From Dehalococcoidia bacterium (GTDB lineage Bacteria > Chloroflexota > Dehalococcoidia > Lucifugimonadales > UBA6952), in assembly GCA_022450525.1 (NCBI GenBank), contig JAKUQA010000001.1, forward strand, positions 18,897 to 82,896: a stretch of 64,000 bases of DNA, read 5' to 3'. Made by a program: the position numbers and the translations under genes. The notes under the pieces were generated by a model that worked only from the letters and a program-made list of their open reading frames with translations, was not told the origin of the DNA and searched no databases. Positions 36,507-45,803 of the stretch are shown piece by piece; positions within the stretch are counted from its first letter, which is position 1; each line of letters opens with the position of its first letter.

Positions 36507-36914
36507 AGGCTCAAACATAGGTACGTGAATTTGATTTGTTGCCTGAACAAATGTTACTTTTACATCCATACCAATTGTGACACTTTTAGGGTCGCAATTA
36601 ATTATATTAGTAAATAATTTAACTCCTTCATCAAGTTCAACTAAAGCTAGTACATACGGAACTTCTTCATTAAACCCTGGAGTCCTATTTTGATAAGTAA
36701 TTGTGTAAGTCCAAACTTTTCCAGTACCTTTAGCCTCAACATAATCTATTTCTTTGGACCAACATCCTGAACAAAATCCTCTGGGATACCATTGATATCC
36801 ACAAGGTTCACAATGCTGAATCATCAAGTGCCCTTTTCTCGCAGCATCCCAAAATTTTCTAGTTTCTCCTGTTATAGTTGGTAAGGGTTTTTTCCATTGA
36901 CTTTGGTTTACCAT
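36501..36914 (-). CDS. DUF35 protein (zinc-ribbon plus OB-fold)
   Basis: FWDAARKGHLMIQHCEPCGYQWYPRGFCSGC. Its start codon directly abuts the stop of the upstream thiolase-fold gene. Confidence 0.8.
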   Translation of the reverse strand: MVNQSQWKKPLPTITGETRKFWDAARKGHLMIQHCEPCGYQWYPRGFCSGCWSKEIDYVEAKGTGKVWTYTITYQNRTPGFNEEVPYVLALVELDEGVKLFTNIINCDPKSVTIGMDVKVTFVQATNQIHVPMFEPL

Positions 36915-38087
36915 TTAATCACCTCCTAGAATAATAGTGCCGCCACTATGCCTATCACCTAACGCGCCACCTGTTCCATGTGCCAGAACGAGATTACAAT
37001 TTTCAACTTGTCTTGGAGTACCTGCAAAATCCCCTCGAAGTTGCCTTGTGGCCTCTATAAGTAAAAACATACCTCTCATACCTGGATGATTCGAAGAAAG
37101 CCCCCCTCCATCAGGATTTAGGGGTAATTCTCCTCCTAATTCAATTCTTCCACCACTTACAAAGTCTCCGCCTTCACCTTTTTTACAGAATCCTAAGTCC
37201 TCTAAAGTTTCAACAACGGTAATTGTAAATGAATCATAAATCATAGCCATGTCTAAATCTTTATGTTTTACTCCTGCCATTTCCATTGCTGGAGCCCCTG
37301 TTTGTGCGGCAGCAATGTTAATCAAATCTCTCTTGCCAGCACCTTGATGTGCTATAGCTTCAGCCATGCCTAAAACCCAGGCAGGCTTAGTTTTACAACT
37401 TCTTGCAACTTCAGGAGAAGCAACAACAACTGCGCCTCCACCATCAGAGATAATACAACAATCATTTAAATGTAAAGGGTCTGAAATAACCCTTGATGCC
37501 AACACATCCTCAACAGTTATGGGATCTCTAAATAATGCATTGGGATTTAATCCAGCATGTTTTCGCATAGCAACTGCAACTTCTGCCAACTGTTCACTTG
37601 TTGTTCCATATTGGTGCATATGTCTTCTAGCAATCATGGCATATAGCCCAACTGTTGTTTTTCCATATAGATCTTCGAAACTTCCTGGTACGGGATCGGA
37701 AAGAGTTGATCCATTTCGAGCAAATCCTCCTGTTCCAACTAATGTGCCAGTCACTCGGGGAGTTGAGGCATATACTATTACAGCACAATTGATTCTTCCT
37801 GCAGCAATAGCAGTTACCGCGTGAGATAAATGAAATTCAAAAGATGCGCCACCAACAGTCGTAAAATCTGCATATTTAGGCTGCATATTAAGATAGTCAA
37901 CCAAATTATATCCACTTAATCCACCAGCACTAAAAATAGCATCTACGTCTTTTTTTTCCAATCCTGCATCTGCTAAAGCCCCGATAATACTTTCTGCCAT
38001 TATTAAAGTTTCACTCTTATCAGGAGCATATCTAACTGGGTGTTCATAAGCACCTACAATTGCAGCCGATTTGCGCAAATCTGTCAT
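36915..38087 (-). CDS. Thiolase-fold protein (SCP2-thiolase/Ltp-like)
   Basis: AAIVGAYEHP, DCCIISDGGGAVVVAS, LNPDGGGLSSNHPGMRGM and AHGTGG. Length 390 aa. Confidence 0.75.
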   Translation of the reverse strand: MTDLRKSAAIVGAYEHPVRYAPDKSETLIMAESIIGALADAGLEKKDVDAIFSAGGLSGYNLVDYLNMQPKYADFTTVGGASFEFHLSHAVTAIAAGRINCAVIVYASTPRVTGTLVGTGGFARNGSTLSDPVPGSFEDLYGKTTVGLYAMIARRHMHQYGTTSEQLAEVAVAMRKHAGLNPNALFRDPITVEDVLASRVISDPLHLNDCCIISDGGGAVVVASPEVARSCKTKPAWVLGMAEAIAHQGAGKRDLINIAAAQTGAPAMEMAGVKHKDLDMAMIYDSFTITVVETLEDLGFCKKGEGGDFVSGGRIELGGELPLNPDGGGLSSNHPGMRGMFLLIEATRQLRGDFAGTPRQVENCNLVLAHGTGGALGDRHSGGTIILGGD

Positions 38088-38185
38088 ATAAATCCTCCAC
38101 TACTTTTTCTCTATTGCCTGATAGTATCACTCAGCAAGTTGTTATTTACAATAAAAGAATCTGAATAATAGGGACATTTTTTACA

Positions 38186-38223
38186 AATAGAGGGCACTCA
38201 TAATATTTTAAGTACCCTCTATT
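38186..38223 (-). terminator. Strong 13-bp stem-loop 27 nt downstream of the groEL stop (terminator or 3' stabiliser; no U-tract)
   Basis: The minus-strand RNA AAUAGAGGGUACU-N12-AGUGCCCUCUAUU has 12 Watson-Crick pairs plus one G-U. That position is a C-A mismatch on the plus strand. Confidence 0.45.
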
Positions 38224-38249
38224 GATATATTCATTATTAATCCAGTGTA

Positions 38250-39881
<1,632 letters not shown>

Positions 39882-39905
39882 TTATTTTTTCTATTACCTA
39901 ATGAA

Positions 39906-40199
39906 TTATCCTACTATAGCAAGTATGTCTGACTCTCTAAGTACTAAATAATCCTCGCCTTCTTCTTTGAGTTCTGTACCAGCATATTTTGAATAAACAA
40001 CTATATTACCCACTTTTACTTCAAGTTCTATAGTTTTACCATCATCTGTTACTCTACCTCTTCCAACTGCAACAATTTCACCTTCTTGTGGTTTTTCCTT
40101 TGCAGTATCGGGTAGTACTAACCCTGAACTAGTTACTTCTTCCTTTTCGATAGGTTTTACAACTACTCTATCGCCAAGTGGTTGAAAAGATCGGTTCAC
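39906..40199 (-). CDS. groES: Co-chaperonin GroES
   Basis: [35 protein letters not shown] start behind AAGGAGGA. Confidence 0.95.
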   Translation of the reverse strand: MNRSFQPLGDRVVVKPIEKEEVTSSGLVLPDTAKEKPQEGEIVAVGRGRVTDDGKTIELEVKVGNIVVYSKYAGTELKEEGEDYLVLRESDILAIVG

Positions 40200-40276
40200 A
40201 TTTTCCTCCTTAAATACAATAACAACTTTACGTACGAAATCAGCAAACGGACACGCCAGAAGCTGATCAGACTGAT

Positions 40277-40305
40277 ATATTATTACCTATAGAAAGTTGT
40301 GTCAA
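40277..40305 (-). promoter_or_regulatory. Candidate groES-groEL promoter: TTGACA-N17-TAATAT (minus strand)
   Basis: On the plus strand TGTCAA lies at 40300-40305 and ATATTA at 40277-40282. This leaves a roughly 70-nt leader. Confidence 0.5.
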
Positions 40306-40429
40306 GATTAGAAAAATTAACATTTTGAATTACACCAAAATAGATTAAAAATATACTTTTTATGTTACAATAGTAATCCCAAATTTTCCGGTTATAATTT
40401 ATATTAACTTTTATTTACAAGGAGTAATT

Positions 40430-41485
40430 TTGAAAACAAAAGCAGCAGTTCAATTTACCTTAGATGGGCCATTAGAACTTGTCGATTTAGAAGTTCCTGA
40501 TCCCAGTGAAAATCAAGTAATAGTAAAAATGTACTCTAGCGGGGTCTGTCATTCACAACTTCACCAAATGGCAAACCCAAACCTTCCCAGACCACTTGTA
40601 CTTGGCCACGAAGGCACTGGAATTGTTACAAAAACTGGTAAAAATGTTTCTCATGTTTCTGAAGGTGATCATGTAATCGTTACGTGGGTTAAGCGAGTCG
40701 AAACACAAGGATCTATACCTGCCGAACTTACTGGTGCTTCGTATCATGAAACCCCGGTTAATGGAAATGTTTACACTTTAGGTGAAGATGTTTTAACAAA
40801 TAGCGATTATGTGGTACCCATTTCTAAGGAATATCCAACGGATATATCTTGTATTGTTGGATGTGCAGTTTTAACAGGTGCAGGAGCAGTGATAAATACT
40901 GCACAAGTAAAACCTGGTGAATCAGTTGCAGTATTTGGAGTTGGCGGAGTTGGATTATGCGCAATACAGGCAGCTTCTATTAGCAAAGCAAATCCAGTGA
41001 TCGCTGTAGACCTAGATAGTGAAAAATTAAAATTTGCACAAGAATTTGGAGCAACTCATTTAATCAATGCGTCTGAAAATGATCCGATTGAACAAATTAA
41101 AGATATCACAAATGGCGGCGTAGACTATGCCTTCGATGCAATTGGTGTCAAAATCACTAACGAGCAAATTCTTGAATCTACTAGATCAGGTGGTTCTGGA
41201 GCAAATAATCTTGGAGGAACATCTGTGTTAATAGGATTACCACATGGCAATCACACAATGTCCATTCCACCTAGATTATTTGTTGGTGGTCAAAGACTTT
41301 ACAGAGGAAGTTTAGGGGCAACATACCCTGATACCGATTTCCCAATGTTCCTAGATTGGTATAAAAATGGACAATTCCCACTCGACAAACTAATCACCAA
41401 ACGATATAAATTCGATGAGATTAATGAAGCATACGAATCACTATCTAATGGAGAAATTCTTGGTAGATCTATTGTTGTGTATTAG
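40430..41485 (+). CDS. Zinc-dependent alcohol dehydrogenase (MDR family)
   Basis: GVCHSQLH and GHEGTGIV are catalytic-Zn ligands, and GVGGVGL is the Rossmann motif. TTG start behind AAGGAG. The 4-Cys structural-zinc loop appears absent. Confidence 0.8.
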   Translation: MKTKAAVQFTLDGPLELVDLEVPDPSENQVIVKMYSSGVCHSQLHQMANPNLPRPLVLGHEGTGIVTKTGKNVSHVSEGDHVIVTWVKRVETQGSIPAELTGASYHETPVNGNVYTLGEDVLTNSDYVVPISKEYPTDISCIVGCAVLTGAGAVINTAQVKPGESVAVFGVGGVGLCAIQAASISKANPVIAVDLDSEKLKFAQEFGATHLINASENDPIEQIKDITNGGVDYAFDAIGVKITNEQILESTRSGGSGANNLGGTSVLIGLPHGNHTMSIPPRLFVGGQRLYRGSLGATYPDTDFPMFLDWYKNGQFPLDKLITKRYKFDEINEAYESLSNGEILGRSIVVY

Positions 41486-41497
41486 AGAAAGGGAGAT

Positions 41498-42517
41498 ATG
41501 CCAGAAATTTATCCTCTAGAATGGTCAAATGAACGATTAAAAATACTCGACCAAACTAAGCTTCCAAAAGAACAAGCGGTAATTATTGCAAATAATTATG
41601 TTGATGTATTAGATAGTATCAAATCTATGTCAATTAGAGGTGGGTCTGTTCTTAGCATTGCAGCTGCATATGCTTTGACTTTAGCTGCAAAGAGTGTTTC
41701 TACTAATGATGTTCAAAAATTTTTAGAATATCTAGAAAATATCACTTATGAAATTATCAATTCTCGACCATCTATGTCTAGTTTATTGAAAGTCATTGAT
41801 AAAATTTTTGGTAAATTAAGTTCACTCTCAACTGTACAAGAAATGAAAGATTTTGTGCAAAGCGAGGCTGAAAAGATACATAAAGAAGATCTATCTATTA
41901 ACTATCGAATAGCAAATTTCGGTGAAAATCTAATATCTACCGGACAAACAATATTAACTCATGGTAATACTGGAGCACTAGCAACTTCTGGGTATGGCAC
42001 AGCTCTAGGTATAATACGAAAAGCATATGAATCTGGGAAAAAGATTAATGTTATTGTGACAGAAACCCGTCCATTTTTACACGGCGCAAGGCTAACCACA
42101 TGGGAGTTAGTACAACTAGGTATACCAACAAACTTAATTGTTGATTCAGCAGCAGGCTACATGATGGTAAATAAAAAAATTGATTCTATTATTGTAGGAG
42201 CTCAAAGGATAGCGAAAAACGGTGATTTTGCAAATGAAATAGGAACTTACTCACTTAGCGTAATTGCTCAAAACAATAACATCCCATTTTATGTTGCAGC
42301 CCCGACATCAATAATTGATACGGAGTCACCAGACGGGAGTTCTTTCCCGATTGAAGAACGAAACAGGGAAGAAGTTATAAACTTTAATGATTCAGAGATA
42401 TCACCTAAAGCCATCTCAGTATCAAATATAACAACAGACATAACTCCTTGTGAAAATATTTCTGGATTTATTACTGAGTCTGGTATAATATATCCACCAT
42501 TCAATAATACTTATTAA
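41498..42517 (+). CDS. MtnA/eIF-2B-family protein (methylthioribose-1-phosphate-isomerase-like) with non-canonical active-site residues
   Basis: LDQTKLP, THGNTGALATSGYGTALG, ETRPFLHGARLTTWEL, GAQRIAKNGDFANEIGTY and FYVAAPTS. Confidence 0.8.
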   Translation: MPEIYPLEWSNERLKILDQTKLPKEQAVIIANNYVDVLDSIKSMSIRGGSVLSIAAAYALTLAAKSVSTNDVQKFLEYLENITYEIINSRPSMSSLLKVIDKIFGKLSSLSTVQEMKDFVQSEAEKIHKEDLSINYRIANFGENLISTGQTILTHGNTGALATSGYGTALGIIRKAYESGKKINVIVTETRPFLHGARLTTWELVQLGIPTNLIVDSAAGYMMVNKKIDSIIVGAQRIAKNGDFANEIGTYSLSVIAQNNNIPFYVAAPTSIIDTESPDGSSFPIEERNREEVINFNDSEISPKAISVSNITTDITPCENISGFITESGIIYPPFNNTY

Positions 42518-42548
42518 TCAAGTTTATAAAAAGTACAAGGAGAATTTT

Positions 42549-42884
42549 ATGAGTTCTAATACAGGCGAACCATTCCAAAGAATCAATATAGACACTGCAA
42601 AGGAGAAAATTGATAGTGAAGAATGTACAATTGTCGATGTTAGACAACAAGACGAATGGGATAGTGGCCATGTGAAAAATGCAATACATATACCAGTTGA
42701 TGAAATTCTTTCAAAAATTGATCAGCTACCTGATTCTGGACCTTTATTGTTCATTTGCGCAGCAGGAGTAAGGAGTGCTTTAGCATGTGAATTGGCAGCA
42801 TCTATGGGTATAGAATCAGAAAGATTGTTTAATATAGAAGAAGGAACTCCGTCCTGGATAGCCAAAGGCTACCCAGCAGAGTAA
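42549..42884 (+). CDS. Single-domain rhodanese sulfurtransferase
   Basis: VDVRQQDEWDSGH and the active-site loop CAAGVRS. Confidence 0.85.
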   Translation: MSSNTGEPFQRINIDTAKEKIDSEECTIVDVRQQDEWDSGHVKNAIHIPVDEILSKIDQLPDSGPLLFICAAGVRSALACELAASMGIESERLFNIEEGTPSWIAKGYPAE

Positions 42885-42909
42885 TTAATTAATTAGAACT
42901 GAGGTAATC

Positions 42910-43215
42910 GTGAATAAAACAAAACGCGTATCTTTAATGAAGAGACGAAAAAGATCAAATAAGTTGCAGATAAAGACTAGGTTAGAAAATCCAGTTATAA
43001 AAACCAGAGCCCCTGCACGAACAAATCGTAATGAAATAGTAGAAACTGTCGCAGAAGTTAAAAAACCTGCTGCTACCAAAAAACCTGCTGCTACCAAAAA
43101 AGCAGCTACTACCAAAAAAGCTGCTACTACGAAAAAAACAACTGCGAAAACTACTACTGCGAAAACTACTACTGCGAAAAAAACAACAAAAAAAGAATCG
43201 ACTGATAAGTCTTAG
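42910..43215 (+). CDS. Highly basic Lys/Ala/Thr tandem-repeat protein (histone-H1-like tail)
   Basis: GTG start 5 nt after GAGGT. By my count 32 of 101 residues are K or R. C-terminal repeats: KKPAATKKPAATKKAATTKKAATTKKTTAKTTTAKTTTAKKTTKK. Confidence 0.6.
   Translation: MNKTKRVSLMKRRKRSNKLQIKTRLENPVIKTRAPARTNRNEIVETVAEVKKPAATKKPAATKKAATTKKAATTKKTTAKTTTAKTTTAKKTTKKESTDKS
43060..43176 (+). repeat. Coding tandem repeats: four 18-bp units (AAAAAACCTGCTGCTACC x2 perfect, then two variants) followed by 15-bp units (AAAACTACTACTGCG x2)
   Basis: Read directly. The units begin at 43060, 43078, 43096, 43114, 43132, 43147 and 43162. Confidence 0.9.
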
Positions 43216-43311
43216 CCTTTTTTATGTTTCAAAGAAAATGATTGCTCGTCTTAAATAGTAATTTAATATGCTACCAGCTATTTGTGTAAAAATTTTCCCT
43301 AGGAGTAATGA

Positions 43312-44580
43312 ATGGCATCTAATATGATAGAAAATGATATCGCAAATCACGAATTATCTAACGTTGGAATTGAAAGAATTAATTGGGCTGCAACAGATAT
43401 GCCTGTACTTAATTCGATTAAAAAACGATTTGATAAAGAAAAACCTTTAAAGGGAATAACAATTGCTGCATGTCTACATGTAACAACAGAAACTGCAAAT
43501 TTAATGATCACCTTACAAAGTGGAGGAGCAAACGTATTACTCTGTGCTAGCAACCCTTTAAGCACACAAGACGACGTTGCTGCAGCATTAGTCAAAGAAT
43601 ATGGTATTTCAACATTTGCAATAAAAGGTGAAGATAATGACACATATTACAAACATATAAAATCCACTCTTTCATCCAAACCTAATATAACTATGGATGA
43701 CGGAGCAGATTTAGTTTCTGTAATACATAACAACCCTAAGGAATACAGTACCTCAATCGTTGGAGGTACTGAGGAAACAACCACTGGAGTTATACGATTA
43801 AAAGCCCTATCTGGTGAAAACAAACTAATATATCCAATTATTGCAGTAAATGAAGCTGCTACTAAACATCTTTTTGACAATCGATACGGAACAGGCCAAA
43901 GCACACTAGACGGAATCACAAGAGCAACAAATATACTTTGGTCTGGCAGAAAAGTTGTAATCGCTGGATATGGATGGTGTGGAAGAGGTATTGCTTCAAG
44001 AGCTAGGGGACTAGGTTCAAATGTTATCGTGACAGAAGTTGATCCTACGAGGGCACTAGAAGCAATAATGGATGGTTTTTCTGTAATGCCTATGGAAGAA
44101 GCTTCCACTATTGGAGATATATTTATAACTGCTACTGGGGGAATAAAAGCAATTGACACAAACCATATGATAAATATGAAAGACGGAGCAATTATAGCTA
44201 ATAGTGGGCATTTTAATGTTGAAATTAATATTCCAGGACTACAAGACATATCTTCATCTTCCAAAGTTACAAGACAATACATCGAACAATTTACTGTACG
44301 AGATAAAAAAATAAATTTACTTGCAGAAGGGCGATTAGTAAATCTTGCCGCTGCTGAAGGACATCCTTCTAGTGTAATGGATATGAGTTTTGCTAATCAG
44401 GCGTTATGCGTAGAACATATAATTAAATTTAGTGAAAAATTATCAATTTCTGTTCATGATGTACCAAAAGAAATAGATGAAGAAATAGGAAGACTCAAAT
44501 TATCCACCATGGGTGTATCTATAGACAATTTAACTCAAGAACAAATTAAATATCTACATAGCTGGACTACAGGAACTTAG
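43312..44580 (+). CDS. ahcY: Adenosylhomocysteinase
   Basis: GTEETTTGV, DNRYGTGQS, the NAD motif GYGWCGRGIA, GHFNVEI and LAEGRLVNLA. Confidence 0.95.
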   Translation: MASNMIENDIANHELSNVGIERINWAATDMPVLNSIKKRFDKEKPLKGITIAACLHVTTETANLMITLQSGGANVLLCASNPLSTQDDVAAALVKEYGISTFAIKGEDNDTYYKHIKSTLSSKPNITMDDGADLVSVIHNNPKEYSTSIVGGTEETTTGVIRLKALSGENKLIYPIIAVNEAATKHLFDNRYGTGQSTLDGITRATNILWSGRKVVIAGYGWCGRGIASRARGLGSNVIVTEVDPTRALEAIMDGFSVMPMEEASTIGDIFITATGGIKAIDTNHMINMKDGAIIANSGHFNVEINIPGLQDISSSSKVTRQYIEQFTVRDKKINLLAEGRLVNLAAAEGHPSSVMDMSFANQALCVEHIIKFSEKLSISVHDVPKEIDEEIGRLKLSTMGVSIDNLTQEQIKYLHSWTTGT

Positions 44581-44592
44581 AAAGAGAGAAAT

Positions 44593-45795
44593 ATGGTATC
44601 TACTTTTAATGATTCAAATAGTTTTTTGTTTACATCTGAATCTGTAACTGAAGGCCATCCAGATAAAGTTTGTGATCAAATATCTGATGCTATTTTAGAC
44701 TCAGTATTAGCGCAAGACCCTAATGCACGAGTAGCATGTGAAACATGTGTAACTACAGGATTAGTAATTATTATGGGTGAGATGACCACTAAAACGTACG
44801 TCGATATTCCTGATATTGTCCGCTCAACACTAAAAAATATTGGATATACTGATGCTGAATTTGGAATAGATTACAACACATGCGGTGTAATGGTTTCAGT
44901 AAAAGAACAATCTCCGGAAATCTCTTCAGCTGTAAGTAAATCTCTTGAAGCACGACAATCCAAAAATGAAAATGAAAATGAAACAATTGGGGCAGGAGAT
45001 CAAGGCATGATGGTAGGGTATGCTTGTAATGAAACTGCTGAACTTATGCCATTGCCAATTTCTCTAGCTCATAAATTAACAAGAAAACTTGCTGAAGTAC
45101 GAAAAAGTTCTACTTTAAATTATTTAAGGCCAGATGGAAAATCTCAGGTTACTGTAGAATATTCACATGGTAAACCTAAAAGAATACACACCATTATTCT
45201 TTCTGCTCAACATAGTCCAGATGTAAAATATGATCAACTAGAAAAAGAATTGCGATCATTTGTAATTGAGCCCATAATACCCAAATCCATGATTGATGAA
45301 TTTACTGAAATAAAAATCAATCCCTCAGGTCTTTTTGTATTAGGAGGACCGAATGCGGATACCGGCCTTACAGGTAGAAAGATTCTAGTGGACACATACG
45401 GTGGAAGCGCTCGTCATGGAGGCGGAGCCTTCTCTGGGAAAGATCCTACAAAGGTTGACAGGTCTGGTGCATACGCAGCAAGGCATGTAGCCAAAAATTT
45501 AGTTGCTGCCGGTATTGCAGAACGAGCTGAAGTGCAAATTTCGTATGCAATTGGTATGGCAAAACCCATATCAGTCAGTGTCGAAACCTTTGGAACATCA
45601 AATCTATCTGATGACAAGATATCTGAAATTGTGAACACATACTTCGATCTTCGGCCCCAGGCTATAATAAATAATATGAATCTCAGAAATCCTATATTTG
45701 GCCCAACAGCTTCATATGGGCATTTTGGTAGAGATGACTTAGATTTACCTTGGGAATCAATTGATATTGCACAATTAATTAAAGAGCATTTGTAG
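44593..45795 (+). CDS. metK: S-adenosylmethionine synthetase
   Basis: [32 protein letters not shown] and [19 protein letters not shown]. Confidence 0.97.
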   Translation: MVSTFNDSNSFLFTSESVTEGHPDKVCDQISDAILDSVLAQDPNARVACETCVTTGLVIIMGEMTTKTYVDIPDIVRSTLKNIGYTDAEFGIDYNTCGVMVSVKEQSPEISSAVSKSLEARQSKNENENETIGAGDQGMMVGYACNETAELMPLPISLAHKLTRKLAEVRKSSTLNYLRPDGKSQVTVEYSHGKPKRIHTIILSAQHSPDVKYDQLEKELRSFVIEPIIPKSMIDEFTEIKINPSGLFVLGGPNADTGLTGRKILVDTYGGSARHGGGAFSGKDPTKVDRSGAYAARHVAKNLVAAGIAERAEVQISYAIGMAKPISVSVETFGTSNLSDDKISEIVNTYFDLRPQAIINNMNLRNPIFGPTASYGHFGRDDLDLPWESIDIAQLIKEHL

Positions 45796-45803
45796 GAGAT
45801 ATT

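Noticed and set aside
40200-40429. CIRCE (HrcA) operator upstream of groES. Also the GCACTC-containing hairpin downstream of groEL (38186-38223), considered as a displaced CIRCE.
   Set aside because: There is no TTAGCACTC-N9-GAGTGCTAA match upstream of groES. The hairpin at 38186-38223 shares only GCACTC in one arm, and its other arm (AGTACCC) does not match. It sits at the 3' end of the operon.
42885-43115. 76-aa minus-strand ORF (MVVAAFLVAAGFLVAAGFL...) opposite the Lys/Ala/Thr repeat gene.
   Set aside because: It is the complement of the KKPAAT repeats and has no RBS. The plus-strand gene has a GAGGT-spaced GTG start and fits the co-directional operon. The antisense reading is an artefact of the repeat.
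43216-43311. Possible SAH or SAM riboswitch upstream of ahcY-metK.
   Set aside because: The spacer is only 96 nt and very AT-rich. I could not find the GC-rich pseudoknot core expected of SAH elements, or any SAM-I/II/IV-like helices. The metK spacer is just 12 nt. A covariance-model scan would settle this.
43647-44282. 211-aa ORF antisense to ahcY. It is strikingly long for an AT-rich genome.
   Set aside because: It lies wholly inside a strongly supported ahcY frame. Stops in that antisense frame need a T/C-ending codon before Tyr, or a T-ending codon before His/Gln. I checked the ahcY codons preceding Tyr, His and Gln in this stretch, and they mostly end in A or G. The translated product is low-complexity with no recognisable motif or RBS. 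I treat it as a shadow ORF.
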